In this document: in pieces, positions 25,798 through 35,714 of the stretch | How positions within the stretch are numbered: the stretch's first letter is position 1 | How the letters are laid out: every line of letters begins with the position of its first letter | Assembly: GCF_044324875.1 (NCBI RefSeq) | Contig: NZ_CP172185.1 | Strand: one strand, 5' to 3' | DNA from: Escherichia coli | GTDB taxonomy: Bacteria; Pseudomonadota; Gammaproteobacteria; Enterobacterales; Enterobacteriaceae | DNA: 64,000 nt | Program-made: the position numbers and the translations under genes | Notes under the pieces: generated by a model | Told to the model about the DNA's origin: nothing | What the model saw: only the letters and a program-made list of their open reading frames with translations | Database searches by the model: none

Positions 25798-26259
25798 TCA
25801 CGGGAGTAGCGTCTGCCTGTTGCCGTTGTATTCCAGAATCACACTGTCCGGTGTGATTTGTTCCACCATGAACAGTGTACCGGGTAATGCCTGTCCGGCC
25901 CTGACATCAGTTTCAGTTCCTCCGGGGAGTATGACGCGTGCTGAAAGCTGTGGCTGAATACCAAAGATTTCTTTCAGACGGGGGGATGAAAATGCCTGTG
26001 AACCGGAGGAGGTGCCAGCCGCATTTTCCGGCTGATGTCCCGTGACAGAACCGGAAACCGGGGAGATACCCTGTTCCAGTGTCCGCAATTCATGACGAAT
26101 TTTTTCTCTTGCCAGCATCGCTTCATACAGGGCGGTTTCTTCCTGAATCTGCTCAATCTGCAGTTGTTTGTTCTGTGACGCGTCATTTTCGTTGCCGGCC
26201 ACTGCCATTGCCGGTAACAGCAGGGCTGCAATCAGCAGCGCTTTTGTTTTATCGTGCAT
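25798..26259 (-). CDS. pilP: PilP
   Basis: ATG 26259 (MHDKTKALLIAALLLPAMAVAG, signal peptide); position in operon. Confidence 0.6.
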   Translation of the reverse strand: MHDKTKALLIAALLLPAMAVAGNENDASQNKQLQIEQIQEETALYEAMLAREKIRHELRTLEQGISPVSGSVTGHQPENAAGTSSGSQAFSSPRLKEIFGIQPQLSARVILPGGTETDVRAGQALPGTLFMVEQITPDSVILEYNGNRQTLLP

Positions 26260-27535
26260 AATATTTACCTGTGAACTGATAACGGAAACGACCATTTTCC
26301 AGTTGTCTTGTGACAGAGAGAAAACGGACAGATGGCTCGCTGAAGCGCTCTGCCAGCTGGTTAGCCGGGAGTAGCGTCTGTATCTGCAGGTCATACTCTT
26401 TCCACGGTGGCTGGATGATGTTTCCGTTTTCATCAGTGAAGCTGTTATTGACTTCCTGCCAGTCAATCTGCAGTTGAACTGACTGTGCGAGCGTGGTCAG
26501 TCGTTCCTGCAGGTCTCGGGTTTCCGGAAGGGAATCAACCGGGACAGGATTATCCGGGAGCCGGAATGTGACCGGCAGTGCAACGCCGCCAGAGTTCCCT
26601 TCAGGCATAACAATAAACGGCCGGGTGTCTGTGAGTTCAGTGATGCGCCGGATGAAGGCTGTCACTGTCGTGCCTGCTGTATTGGTGTATGAAGAACGCA
26701 GATTACCGCTGTTACCGTCAGAAGAACATTCAGCCAGGGTATAACGCCATCCGGCAGCAGACAGTGGCGTCTGGTTCCATGTTGTGCTGCATTGCCGGAT
26801 AAATTCTCCGCTCTCAGGCTGCCTCGTCCATGGTGGCGTTATACGTGCTTCAGCTGCTTTCCGGGCGCTTTCTTCCCGTTCCGCTTTTTCCGCCTGCCAG
26901 ATTTCATAACGTTGCCAGCCGTACCACGATGCGCCAAGCAGCGTGATGATGAGTAAGGCTGTCATTAACTGTGGGCCTCTGGACACGGGGAGCAGACGCG
27001 CTTCTGCCGGATGCTTTCTGGTGCTGATCAGGTTTGACAGCGGTAGCGGGATACACCGACTGTCTGGTGAAAAACCGTCAGGTTCGTAGCGTACCCAGCC
27101 GTTTTCCGGTTCCGCATTGAGCATCAGGAACGTGTTGCGGGCTTCCGTGATTTCAGTCGGGGTACCGGTAACGTCGTTAACCAGAATGCCATTAATCACC
27201 GATACAAACGCACAGGTGAGTTCAGCGTCGTCGTTCTCGATGATGAAAATGGCATACCCACCTGATTTGAGTAGCGGGCGTATTAACATTGCCAGTGACA
27301 GGCACTGGCGAATGTTACGGGGGATATCTGCATCCTGACGACTGAGCAGGGCAATCATCATTTCATCACCGTTTTCACCGTCGTGGTTGTGGCAGGAAAG
27401 ATACAGTTCTGCGCCCTGTGACCGGGCAAACCGCCGGGCATTCCGGTAACCGGGAGGTATGCTCTTCCAGTCAAGGCCCGCAAGGAATGCCTGTTTACCC
27501 GATATCAGTGAAACCGGACGAATTTTTTTCTGCAT
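26249..27535 (-). CDS. pilO: PilO
   Basis: ATG 27535 (MQKKIRP); single transmembrane segment mid-protein; position in operon. Confidence 0.6.
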   Translation of the reverse strand: MQKKIRPVSLISGKQAFLAGLDWKSIPPGYRNARRFARSQGAELYLSCHNHDGENGDEMMIALLSRQDADIPRNIRQCLSLAMLIRPLLKSGGYAIFIIENDDAELTCAFVSVINGILVNDVTGTPTEITEARNTFLMLNAEPENGWVRYEPDGFSPDSRCIPLPLSNLISTRKHPAEARLLPVSRGPQLMTALLIITLLGASWYGWQRYEIWQAEKAEREESARKAAEARITPPWTRQPESGEFIRQCSTTWNQTPLSAAGWRYTLAECSSDGNSGNLRSSYTNTAGTTVTAFIRRITELTDTRPFIVMPEGNSGGVALPVTFRLPDNPVPVDSLPETRDLQERLTTLAQSVQLQIDWQEVNNSFTDENGNIIQPPWKEYDLQIQTLLPANQLAERFSEPSVRFLSVTRQLENGRFRYQFTGKYYAR

Positions 27536-27558
27536 TGACCCGTTCAAGGGAACCTCCG

Positions 27559-29184
27559 TCAGATTACGTGCGGTGTGATCAGCACAACCAGAATGGTGTC
27601 ATCGTCACCGCTGTCAGTGCCGCCACCCAGCCCGAAGAATGCCGGGCTGCCGACGCCCTGGCGCACGGATTTGCTGCCGGACTGCCGGAATCCGCTGAGA
27701 ATGACGGTCTGACCTGATTTCAGGTCGATGGTCTGGTTGATGGTTTTCAGGTCCACCGTGGGTACCTGTGCCCGGCTGCCGCCGCTCTCGAACACCTCAA
27801 AGGTGGGTTTGTCGGAGAGGTTCATGCTGAAGAGCAGCTGCAGGCTGCGCGCATCCGGCTGAATGAACGGCAGCAGGGTCATGTTGAAGCCGGTGGTGAT
27901 GGTGGCGGCGTTCAGGGAGGTGCTGGTCCCGACGTTGGCCGTGGTGTCGGTGGTGACACCTTCGATATAGCCCTGCTGGCTGGCCACCTGCATGGGCACC
28001 GGCGTCATGTTTTTGGTGACGGCGGAGTTCTGTGTGACCACGCTGACGGTGCCCTGACTGGAGAGCGCCTTCAGGAAGGCCTTCGAGCCGGTGAGCTTAC
28101 CGTCCACAATGGAGACGCCACTGGTGATGATGTCATCGGCGGCACTGCTGAATGCCCCTCCCAGCGTGAGGCCGAGACGTCCGTCGCTGAAGACGGCATT
28201 CCAGTCAATGCCGGCCTGGTCACGGCGGGTTTTTCTGACGCTGAGGACTTCCACGTTCAGCACCACCTGACGTCGCATCTCGCGGTTACGTGCCTCCACA
28301 AAACGGCTGACGGTGTCGAGGACCCGAGGGGTGTCGGTGACGGTGAGAAAGCCGGTGGCAAGCACCATCCGGCCGGTCCCGGGGGTCAGCATGGCACCGA
28401 CGGCATTTTTCAGGTCCTCATAGAGGGTGGACTTCATGTCGACCGTGGTGGTCTGGGTGTTGCTGGCCTCCCCGCTGAGGGTGCCGGCGTTACTGCCGGT
28501 ACTGCTGCCGGATGAGGAGGAGGCGGTGCCACTGACGACTCTGGCATTGTAGGCGACCTGGCTGTCCATGTAGGTGACCGGGAAGGTGCGTGTCTCCAGC
28601 CAGTAAAAGGTGATGGCGCGCCGGTCACTGTCGTAACGGTACGAGATACCGAGCCGGGAGGCGACGGTATCCAGCAGCTGCCGCAGCCCGGTGGCGCTGA
28701 GTTCCGGCAGGACGGCACCGCCGCCCGGGGGGATGACCTGTGCGCCACTGCCGACGGCGGCCAGCGGCACCATGCCGTTCGGGTCAGGTGCGGGGATTGC
28801 GCCTGTCAGCTGCTGTGTGGGGCCGGTGGTGGCCAGCGCCTGCCAGACGTCGGCGGTGATGGTCACGGGGATACCGCAGCTTCCGGTGATGCGCTGGGCT
28901 ATCTGCCGCAGGCTGATATCCCGGCGGGTGTTGATGATGATGGGGCAGCCCGGCAGGCTCTGGTGTGCGGGGCTGACGCTGACAGGAGAGGGGTTGATCC
29001 ACTGTCGCGTGGTCTCCGTGACCACCGGCCGGGATTTACGGAGTTCGCCCGCGTGCCGGCGCGCTTTCTCCAGTGTGGCGGTGGCGTCTTTTTCCGTGTT
29101 GCTGATACGTTCGGCCGTACCGCAGCCTGACAGCAGCAGGGCGACGGCAGTCAGTGGCAGGAGCATGTGTTGTCTTTTTTTCAT
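27559..29184 (-). CDS. pilN: PilN, secretin-family outer-membrane lipoprotein
   Basis: ATG 29184 (MKKRQHMLLPLTAVALLLSGC lipobox); Ser/Thr/Gly-rich beta-domain; GC-rich. Confidence 0.8.
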   Translation of the reverse strand: MKKRQHMLLPLTAVALLLSGCGTAERISNTEKDATATLEKARRHAGELRKSRPVVTETTRQWINPSPVSVSPAHQSLPGCPIIINTRRDISLRQIAQRITGSCGIPVTITADVWQALATTGPTQQLTGAIPAPDPNGMVPLAAVGSGAQVIPPGGGAVLPELSATGLRQLLDTVASRLGISYRYDSDRRAITFYWLETRTFPVTYMDSQVAYNARVVSGTASSSSGSSTGSNAGTLSGEASNTQTTTVDMKSTLYEDLKNAVGAMLTPGTGRMVLATGFLTVTDTPRVLDTVSRFVEARNREMRRQVVLNVEVLSVRKTRRDQAGIDWNAVFSDGRLGLTLGGAFSSAADDIITSGVSIVDGKLTGSKAFLKALSSQGTVSVVTQNSAVTKNMTPVPMQVASQQGYIEGVTTDTTANVGTSTSLNAATITTGFNMTLLPFIQPDARSLQLLFSMNLSDKPTFEVFESGGSRAQVPTVDLKTINQTIDLKSGQTVILSGFRQSGSKSVRQGVGSPAFFGLGGGTDSGDDDTILVVLITPHVI

Positions 29185-29373
29185 GCAGAAATCCTTGTGT
29201 GAAACGTGAAAACAGTGAGCAGAGCAGGGAGGGCAGAAGCGCTTCGGGACTGAAGTCTGCGCGTGATGGCGATATATCCGCGGGACATGACCGCGGCCGG
29301 ATATGCAGACTTCAGTCCACAGGCTCCTCACACTGTGCGGGACAGCGAAGGTTAACGGTGCAGTGATGTCCCG

Positions 29374-29811
29374 CTAGTTGAAATAAACAAATGCGCTGTC
29401 AGGAATGACGGACGGCACGCTGATACCGGTGTCCTGACCTGTGGTGTTCAGCAGTCGCCGCCCCTTCACCCGGCCTGCCAGCGCGGTTTTGTGGGTGATG
29501 TCTGCCAGCGCACCTGCAAGCCCAGGGCGGTCATCCTGCCAGACAAAGACCCGCTGTCCGGCGATGATATGGCGGGTACCGTATACCGGGCGGAAACCCG
29601 TGGCGGTGACGGGGAGCGTGCCACCCCCCGTGCGCTCAGCCGGATGGGTGTACAGCCGGTCGTTAATGCCGTTCATGAGGCGGACCATCTCCCACGCACG
29701 TTCACGCATCTCCGCCTGCTCGCTGTACACGGTGACCCGGTGGGTACTGCTGTTGTGAAACCAGGTCAGCGCCACGGTCAGGGCCATGACCAGGGAGAGC
29801 GACCAGCCCAT
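29374..29811 (-). CDS. pilM: PilM
   Basis: ATG 29811 (MGWSLSLVMAL) directly after the pilL stop; position in operon. Confidence 0.55.
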   Translation of the reverse strand: MGWSLSLVMALTVALTWFHNSSTHRVTVYSEQAEMRERAWEMVRLMNGINDRLYTHPAERTGGGTLPVTATGFRPVYGTRHIIAGQRVFVWQDDRPGLAGALADITHKTALAGRVKGRRLLNTTGQDTGISVPSVIPDSAFVYFN

Positions 29812-29813
29812 GG

Positions 29814-30539
29814 TCAGTCTCCCGGTCTGTCGCTGACGTGCACCACACACTGCGTGCTGTTGATGGCTGCATACAGCGGCGTCTGTGCGTCCTGATAGAG
29901 ACGGAAGAGTTCACTGAGCGCGTGGCGGAACTCGCCGGTGAAATGCAGCGGCGCATCGATGCTGTAATTGAGTCTGGGGTTCTGCCAGGCCAGCTGCCAG
30001 GTGCCACCGGCCTGACAGGGAACGGCGGCCACCCACTGCTCAAGACCGGCACGCAGCAGGGTTCCGCGGGCAAGAGTCCAGGTGGTCCGTGCATGCGCCG
30101 GTTGCGGCATGTTTGCTGATTTTTCCGCGGTTTTTTCCTGCAGACTGGTGGTGCCCGGGGTGGCCTGAGACGGACTGAACAGGGTGTTCCGCTCAATACG
30201 TACATGCTTCTTCTCCGTGTCGGTGATGGCGCGGAGCTGATATTTTTTCAGCATGCGTTCCGTAACGTAATTCCACTGGTCATTTCCCTTCCATGACACC
30301 GTGCGGGGCGGCCTGACATCCGGTGCAATGTCAAATGTCCATCCCGGCGGTATCAGTTGCTGCATGGCTTTTTTCAGTGATAACCCTTTACCGTCCCGGG
30401 GAATAAATTTCAGTGCTCCCGGAGCGCTGCTGACCGTGGACGATGAGGGTGCACTGACCTGAGAAGGTGACGGTGCAGCAAAAAGTGGAACAGAAAATGC
30501 CAGCAGCGGCACAATAAGAAGTGGTTTCAGTGGTGTCAT
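29814..30539 (-). CDS. pilL: PilL, lipoprotein, first gene of the pil operon
   Basis: Signal peptide MTPLKPLLIVPLLAFSVPLFA; position at the head of the pil cluster. Confidence 0.6.
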   Translation of the reverse strand: MTPLKPLLIVPLLAFSVPLFAAPSPSQVSAPSSSTVSSAPGALKFIPRDGKGLSLKKAMQQLIPPGWTFDIAPDVRPPRTVSWKGNDQWNYVTERMLKKYQLRAITDTEKKHVRIERNTLFSPSQATPGTTSLQEKTAEKSANMPQPAHARTTWTLARGTLLRAGLEQWVAAVPCQAGGTWQLAWQNPRLNYSIDAPLHFTGEFRHALSELFRLYQDAQTPLYAAINSTQCVVHVSDRPGD

Positions 30540-30591
30540 ATTATGGTCCTGTATCGCACATTTTTTGTGTTTCCTGAGCCTGTATCCGGTT

Positions 30592-30810
30592 TTATTCCGG
30601 CTGAACTCTGCTGCATGAGAATGCGGTGACGTTCACTTTCACACTGAACGATTTACCGGCCTCTTTTTCTTTTAAAAACAGCCTGACGCATTCAGGCTCA
30701 GTCATCGGTGTGTTCTGAAAACGCACCCAGGATACCGGTGCACCACCAGGCTTCAGGATGGTGGCTTCAATCCGGTATTTATGCGGTGTGGTGTCTGTTG
30801 TTGCTGTCAT
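30592..30810 (-). CDS. small hypothetical protein (72 aa) upstream of pilL
   Basis: ORF track only. Confidence 0.3.
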   Translation of the reverse strand: MTATTDTTPHKYRIEATILKPGGAPVSWVRFQNTPMTEPECVRLFLKEKEAGKSFSVKVNVTAFSCSRVQPE

Positions 30811-31336
30811 TCATGGCTCCTGTTGCCGGTTTCCGGTCCCGGAAAAACAGGCGACATCAGCAACAAGGGGAAAAACGCGATGTCGCCTGAAAGGTACTGG
30901 TGCAGCGGTGCGTTGTACGGACGCAGGTCCGCACAACCGGAAATACACGGGATGATTCGGTCAGTGTATTTTCGTGTTGTGCGCCTGTACTGATACGGCA
31001 GGGTGTGATGAGTGTTACCTGTGGCTGCAGGCGCGGCACGTCACTCATAACGTAGCATTCTGTTTCCTCCTCAGCCCGGCTTCAGGGCGTTGCCGCAATA
31101 CCCGATTGTTAAAGAGCCTTACCGGCATGGTGTCCGGTGTCACCGCGCGGATAACGATACGGCGGTGTCTGAAGGGATGATGCTGCGGCGCTCTGCACAT
31201 GGCGACGATTAATTCTTTTTGTGTTTCTGAAAATTTATTGCCGGGAAATTTCTGGTGTGACAGGGTGAATTAATTCTGGTCAGCGACGCTCCTGAGAAGG
31301 CAGAGTGCGCTGACATTTCGTGAACGGAGGAATGCC

Positions 31337-32845
31337 ATGTCCCTGAATCCCACCGATGAACAGTCAGCCATCATTCACTGGCAGGGGGAAAAACTGGTGG
31401 TGAATGCCTTTGCCGGTACAGGCAAAACCAGCACACTGGTGCAGTTCGCCGCAGCCTGCCCTGAGAGCCGGATGCTGTATCTGGCCTATAACCGCGCGAT
31501 TCGTGATGAGGCGGAGCGCCGGTTTCCCTTTAATGTGGAGTGCAAAACCTCCCATCAGCTGGCGTATTCGCGGTTCGGAAAGCATTTCCGGCATCGTCTG
31601 GTGCCGGGGCTGTCAGTGACGGATGTAGCGAGAAAACTGAACACCCGCTACTGGACGCTTGCCCGTGTTGCCATGACCGCGCTGAATCAGTTCATCTGTT
31701 CGGCGGACGTGGCGCCCGGAATGCAGCATATGCCGCCTCCCGACGAGATGAAGGGCATGTCGCCACAGGATGCGCTGCGTGCCGTGCAGATCCTCTGGCA
31801 TGAAATGAGCAATCCGGATGGCAATTTTCCGGTCACTCACGACACCTATCTGAAGCTCTATCAGCTTTCCTCACCGGATCTGTCACGCAGGTGGGATACG
31901 ATCCTTTTTGATGAGGCCCAGGATGCGAATCCGGTGACGTCCGCACTGGTGCTGGGGCAGCGGTGCAGGGTGGTACTGGTTGGCGACCGTTACCAGCAGA
32001 TTTATCGTTTTCGTGGTGCCAGCAATGCACTGTCGCATCCGGCACTGAACGGGGCGGACCGTCTCTGGCTGACGCAAAGTTTTCGTTTTGGTCCTGCCGT
32101 GGCCGGGGTGGCCAGCCAGTTACTGAAGCGTGCCGGCGAGAGCCGTGAGGTGACCGGCAGGGGCGGGGATGATGAAGTGCTGACGGCAGGTGAAATGCGT
32201 GCGCGCGTGAAGGCAGGGAAGATGACCGGTCACAGGGCGATACTGAGCCGGACGGTGGCCGGTGTGATTGGCACCGCACTGATGGCGGCAATGCGTGGCA
32301 GGAAGGTTTACTGGGTGGGGGGCATTGAAGGCTACAGAACGGAGGCACTGGAAGATCTTTACTGGTTTCAGATGGATATGCCGGAGCGGATGCACAGTGA
32401 CAGACTGCGGAAGGACTACCGGGGTTTTGACGAGTACCGTCATATTGCGAAGGTGACGAAGGATGTGGAAATGAATCAGTCCATTCGTCTGCTGGAGCTG
32501 TGCTTTCCGCTGCCGAAGAAACTCGAACTTCTCAGAAAGCACACCGTCACGAATGAACAGGAGGCGGATATCACGGTCTCAACGGCACACCGCAGTAAGG
32601 GACTGGAGTGGTCACTGGTGGTACTCGATGATGATTTTCAGGATATCACCGACCCGCTGATAAGCGAGCAGGAGCGGCGGGATGAAACCAATCTGCTCTA
32701 TGTGGCGGTCACCCGGGCGCGCAGAACGCTGGTTCTCAATGAACTCATGCAGCAGCTGACGGAAGCTGCCGGCGATGGTGGTGCACCCGGAAACGCGCCG
32801 GTGCAGGGGAAGGAAGACGATGGTGTGGAGGGAGAGGATGTTTAA
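31337..32845 (+). CDS. UvrD/PcrA-like superfamily 1 helicase (502 aa)
   Basis: Walker A AFAGTGKTS, Walker B/DEAQD, motif VI-like VAVTRARR; RBS GGAGG upstream. Confidence 0.75.
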   Translation: MSLNPTDEQSAIIHWQGEKLVVNAFAGTGKTSTLVQFAAACPESRMLYLAYNRAIRDEAERRFPFNVECKTSHQLAYSRFGKHFRHRLVPGLSVTDVARKLNTRYWTLARVAMTALNQFICSADVAPGMQHMPPPDEMKGMSPQDALRAVQILWHEMSNPDGNFPVTHDTYLKLYQLSSPDLSRRWDTILFDEAQDANPVTSALVLGQRCRVVLVGDRYQQIYRFRGASNALSHPALNGADRLWLTQSFRFGPAVAGVASQLLKRAGESREVTGRGGDDEVLTAGEMRARVKAGKMTGHRAILSRTVAGVIGTALMAAMRGRKVYWVGGIEGYRTEALEDLYWFQMDMPERMHSDRLRKDYRGFDEYRHIAKVTKDVEMNQSIRLLELCFPLPKKLELLRKHTVTNEQEADITVSTAHRSKGLEWSLVVLDDDFQDITDPLISEQERRDETNLLYVAVTRARRTLVLNELMQQLTEAAGDGGAPGNAPVQGKEDDGVEGEDV

Positions 32846-34367
32846 GCGGTTCAGACGTATGCTGCCCGGCACAAAGGGCACGGAGCCTGGCGTGGTCGCG
32901 CCGGTGATACCGGCAGGGTTTTATGCGCCGCTCACGGCAGAGGCACTGTTATCACCAGAGCACAGGGAGCTGAGGCTCAGGCAGGTCTGGGATAACAATC
33001 CGATGCCCCGTGATGTATACGACAGGATGTGCCTTGAACCACTCAGCCGGCTGCTGCTGAACACCCAGAACGTCCCGGCAACACGGGAAGGACGGTGGTC
33101 CCGTGCCGGTGGATTTGGTGATCTGACGGTACTGTACACCACGTATGCCGTTCGTCTGGCAAGAGGGTACATGTTTCCACCGGATGCGACCCCGGAAGAC
33201 CAGGCGGCTCAGGCCGCAGTCTGGCATGCGGTGATTTTCTGGTCAGCGCTGTTTTACCACCTGCCCCTGCTGGCGCACCTTGAGGGGGAACTGCTGAGTG
33301 GGCGGGGCTGGCAGCCAGGAATTTCTGTGCCTGACGAACCTTTCCGTTTCCGGTTCAGGAAGACGGCGCCGCAGGGTACGGAAGCGCAACAACTTGCGGC
33401 CCTGACTGCCGGCACGCTGTTACCGGACGGCGCAACGGCCTGGCTTGTGACGGCGCCGGGCGCACTGCAGAATCTGGCCGGGGCGCTCTGGCATCAGCAT
33501 CCCGGGATGGCGCTGATTCGTGATGTGCTGCAGGAAGCGGCAAGGCAGACAGAGAGTCCGCTGAATACCTGCGCTGTCACTGCGCCGGTTACTGCGGAGG
33601 CTTCAGCAGACATCCGTCCTGCTGACCCGGTGGTGACCGGCAGCACGGACAGTGTGGTGGCAGTCACTGAGGTGCAGCCGGCAGAGGAGGTGAAGACTGA
33701 GAGCGTGCAGACAGAGACTGAAGGTGGTGGTGAGTCCGCCGGGGCGTCAGAGGTGCCGTCCGCACAGCAGGAACTGACGGTTCAGACAGCGCCAGTGGTG
33801 ACGGCAGATGATGAAGCGGTCAGTGCTGCTCCTGCGGATCAGGACACAGCAATGCTGCTGAGTCTTTTTTCAGCAGATGAGTCCGAAACTGCTGAACCTG
33901 AAAACAGTATTAAATCGTCAGCCGATCGGGACGGCCAAAGTGACGTACCGGCAGTACAGGGAGAACAAACCAGCGTTATTTATCCGGAGGGCGAAGCAGA
34001 TACGGAAGAGGTGGATTTTATTACTTGGCTGAAATCGGGGTTGTCATCGGGGATGATTGAAATAAATACACCTTCCGCGAGAGTGCATTGTATTGCGGGG
34101 TATGTTTTTTTGTGTGTCCCGGATATTTTTTATCTGTATCAGAAAATGACGGGAAGCCGTCGTGACCGCAGGAGTGTTCAGGCGTTGTTTGAACGTTCCC
34201 GTATTCACAAAATCCGGGAAGGTGAGCGTTTTTTCAGCCTGCATCTGTATAGTGTACCTGACAGAACAGGGAGTTATAAAGCTGTAAGCGGATATCTGGT
34301 TAAAAGCCGTTATCTGTGTGGTTATAACGCAGTGCCCGGGGACAGTGAATACATTGCTTTTCCATAA
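32838..34367 (+). CDS. hypothetical protein with central acidic low-complexity region (~510 aa)
   Basis: ATG 32838 overlaps the helicase stop (ATGTTTAA); acidic Glu/Asp/Thr/Ala-rich linker roughly 33580..33990; structured C-terminal domain. Confidence 0.5.
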   Translation: MFKRFRRMLPGTKGTEPGVVAPVIPAGFYAPLTAEALLSPEHRELRLRQVWDNNPMPRDVYDRMCLEPLSRLLLNTQNVPATREGRWSRAGGFGDLTVLYTTYAVRLARGYMFPPDATPEDQAAQAAVWHAVIFWSALFYHLPLLAHLEGELLSGRGWQPGISVPDEPFRFRFRKTAPQGTEAQQLAALTAGTLLPDGATAWLVTAPGALQNLAGALWHQHPGMALIRDVLQEAARQTESPLNTCAVTAPVTAEASADIRPADPVVTGSTDSVVAVTEVQPAEEVKTESVQTETEGGGESAGASEVPSAQQELTVQTAPVVTADDEAVSAAPADQDTAMLLSLFSADESETAEPENSIKSSADRDGQSDVPAVQGEQTSVIYPEGEADTEEVDFITWLKSGLSSGMIEINTPSARVHCIAGYVFLCVPDIFYLYQKMTGSRRDRRSVQALFERSRIHKIREGERFFSLHLYSVPDRTGSYKAVSGYLVKSRYLCGYNAVPGDSEYIAFP

Positions 34368-34397
34368 CAGCACCGGGTCATTCATCCGTTCAGGGAG

Positions 34398-35510
34398 ATG
34401 TATTCCCCTATGAAGAAAGATGTCGAAAAAATAACGTGGGAGGAATTACTCTTTGAGTACTTCCTTGAGAAAAATCTTAAACCTGATACTGAACACAGCT
34501 ACCGCAAAGTTGTCCGTCTGTTTGATAAGTTCCTGGGCGGTGATTCCTGGCCCGGCGATGTCACACCGAGAGACATTCAGCGATGGCGACGTCATATGCT
34601 TAAAGATCAGGGGCGTTCAGTAAACACCTGGAATAACAGAGTGTCACATCTCCGACCGCTCCTGGCGCTTGGGATCAAGAAAAAGTGGTTACCACAGACG
34701 GAAAATCCGCTTGATGGCACTTCAGTGCCCGGGGCATCAAAACAGAAAAAAACGCTCACTGATAAAGAGATGGTCAGGATTTACCGTACAGTTCAGGCTT
34801 TTGCTGAAGCTGAGGCCAATAAGATGGTGATCTGTGACAGGCGGCGCAATGCGATGTACCCTGCATGGTACTGGCTGATCGTGCTGGATACGCTGCGCTT
34901 CACGGGGATGCGTTTTAACCAGCTGAAACATATCAGGCTGAAGGATATTCATGAGGATGAGGCGGTGATTACCCTTCAGCTGGAAGGGAGTAAAACCCGA
35001 CGTGAATGGCGTGTGCCGATTGTGGAATCGTTACGACTTTCACTGAAACATCTTATTGAGTGCGCCCGTGTCAATGGTGCGTCGGATAATGACTATCTCT
35101 TTGATGTCTGCCTGTACAGCGAGCATTACAGTCCCGGGAAATACCAGTACTGTGCCAAAAGAGCGCATCAGTCGGTCAAATCTTTTTTCCGCAGACTGAG
35201 CCGTGAATGTGGTTTTTTTGTCTCGTCACACAGATTCAGACACACACTGGCAACAAAGCTGATGGCGGCACCGGAGCGTAATCTGCACATGGTCAAATCC
35301 ATTCTGGGGCACAGGAGTGTTGCCACCACCATGGAGTATATTGATTTTTCGGTGGAAGTTGCTGCTGAGGCACTGGAGGCTGAACTCGGTTTATCCACGG
35401 ATGAGGCGACAAAAAGACGGATTAAAGAGGCGAAAAAACGCCGTGAGGCCAGTACCGGGAAAAAGGAAAAACAGGAAAGTTCTGGAGGGGAACTTTCTGA
35501 CAAGGAATAA
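34398..35510 (+). CDS. int: tyrosine recombinase / integrase
   Basis: R...HxxR...Y catalytic pattern (HRFRHTLAT, LGHRSVATTMEYI); ~200 bp from the tRNA 3' end; start at 34398 or 34410. Confidence 0.85.
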   Translation: MYSPMKKDVEKITWEELLFEYFLEKNLKPDTEHSYRKVVRLFDKFLGGDSWPGDVTPRDIQRWRRHMLKDQGRSVNTWNNRVSHLRPLLALGIKKKWLPQTENPLDGTSVPGASKQKKTLTDKEMVRIYRTVQAFAEAEANKMVICDRRRNAMYPAWYWLIVLDTLRFTGMRFNQLKHIRLKDIHEDEAVITLQLEGSKTRREWRVPIVESLRLSLKHLIECARVNGASDNDYLFDVCLYSEHYSPGKYQYCAKRAHQSVKSFFRRLSRECGFFVSSHRFRHTLATKLMAAPERNLHMVKSILGHRSVATTMEYIDFSVEVAAEALEAELGLSTDEATKRRIKEAKKRREASTGKKEKQESSGGELSDKE

Positions 35511-35714
35511 ACATGCTTGACATCGGACCAGAATGGTGTAAGCATTTTTGCGTATGCGAGAGCGTGACACCTGTTACCAGCAGGTGCCACGCTTGAGGAT
35601 ACGATACTGAAACCACAGTGTAACCAGACTTACACGGAGATTTCGTTATGACCGGATCCTGTATTAGACGCCCGTTAAGGATCTCATCCCTTAACCAGCG
35701 TACTTTGATGCGTT

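Noticed and set aside
28434-29209. ORFs 28434..28748 (-), 28691..29209 (+) and 28784..29002 (-) inside pilN
   Set aside because: Alternative-frame and antisense ORFs typical of GC-rich sequence; pilN in its own frame carries the lipobox and secretin-like features.
31364-32542. Several ORFs overlapping the helicase gene (for example 31833..32348, 32120..32542 on the minus strand)
   Set aside because: Pro/Arg/His-rich translations with no motifs; antisense to a gene with clear helicase motifs.
35511-35714. Possible small gene or attachment-site repeat between the integrase and the tRNA
   Set aside because: No ORF with start and RBS, and no second copy of this sequence inside the window to define a direct repeat; left unannotated.
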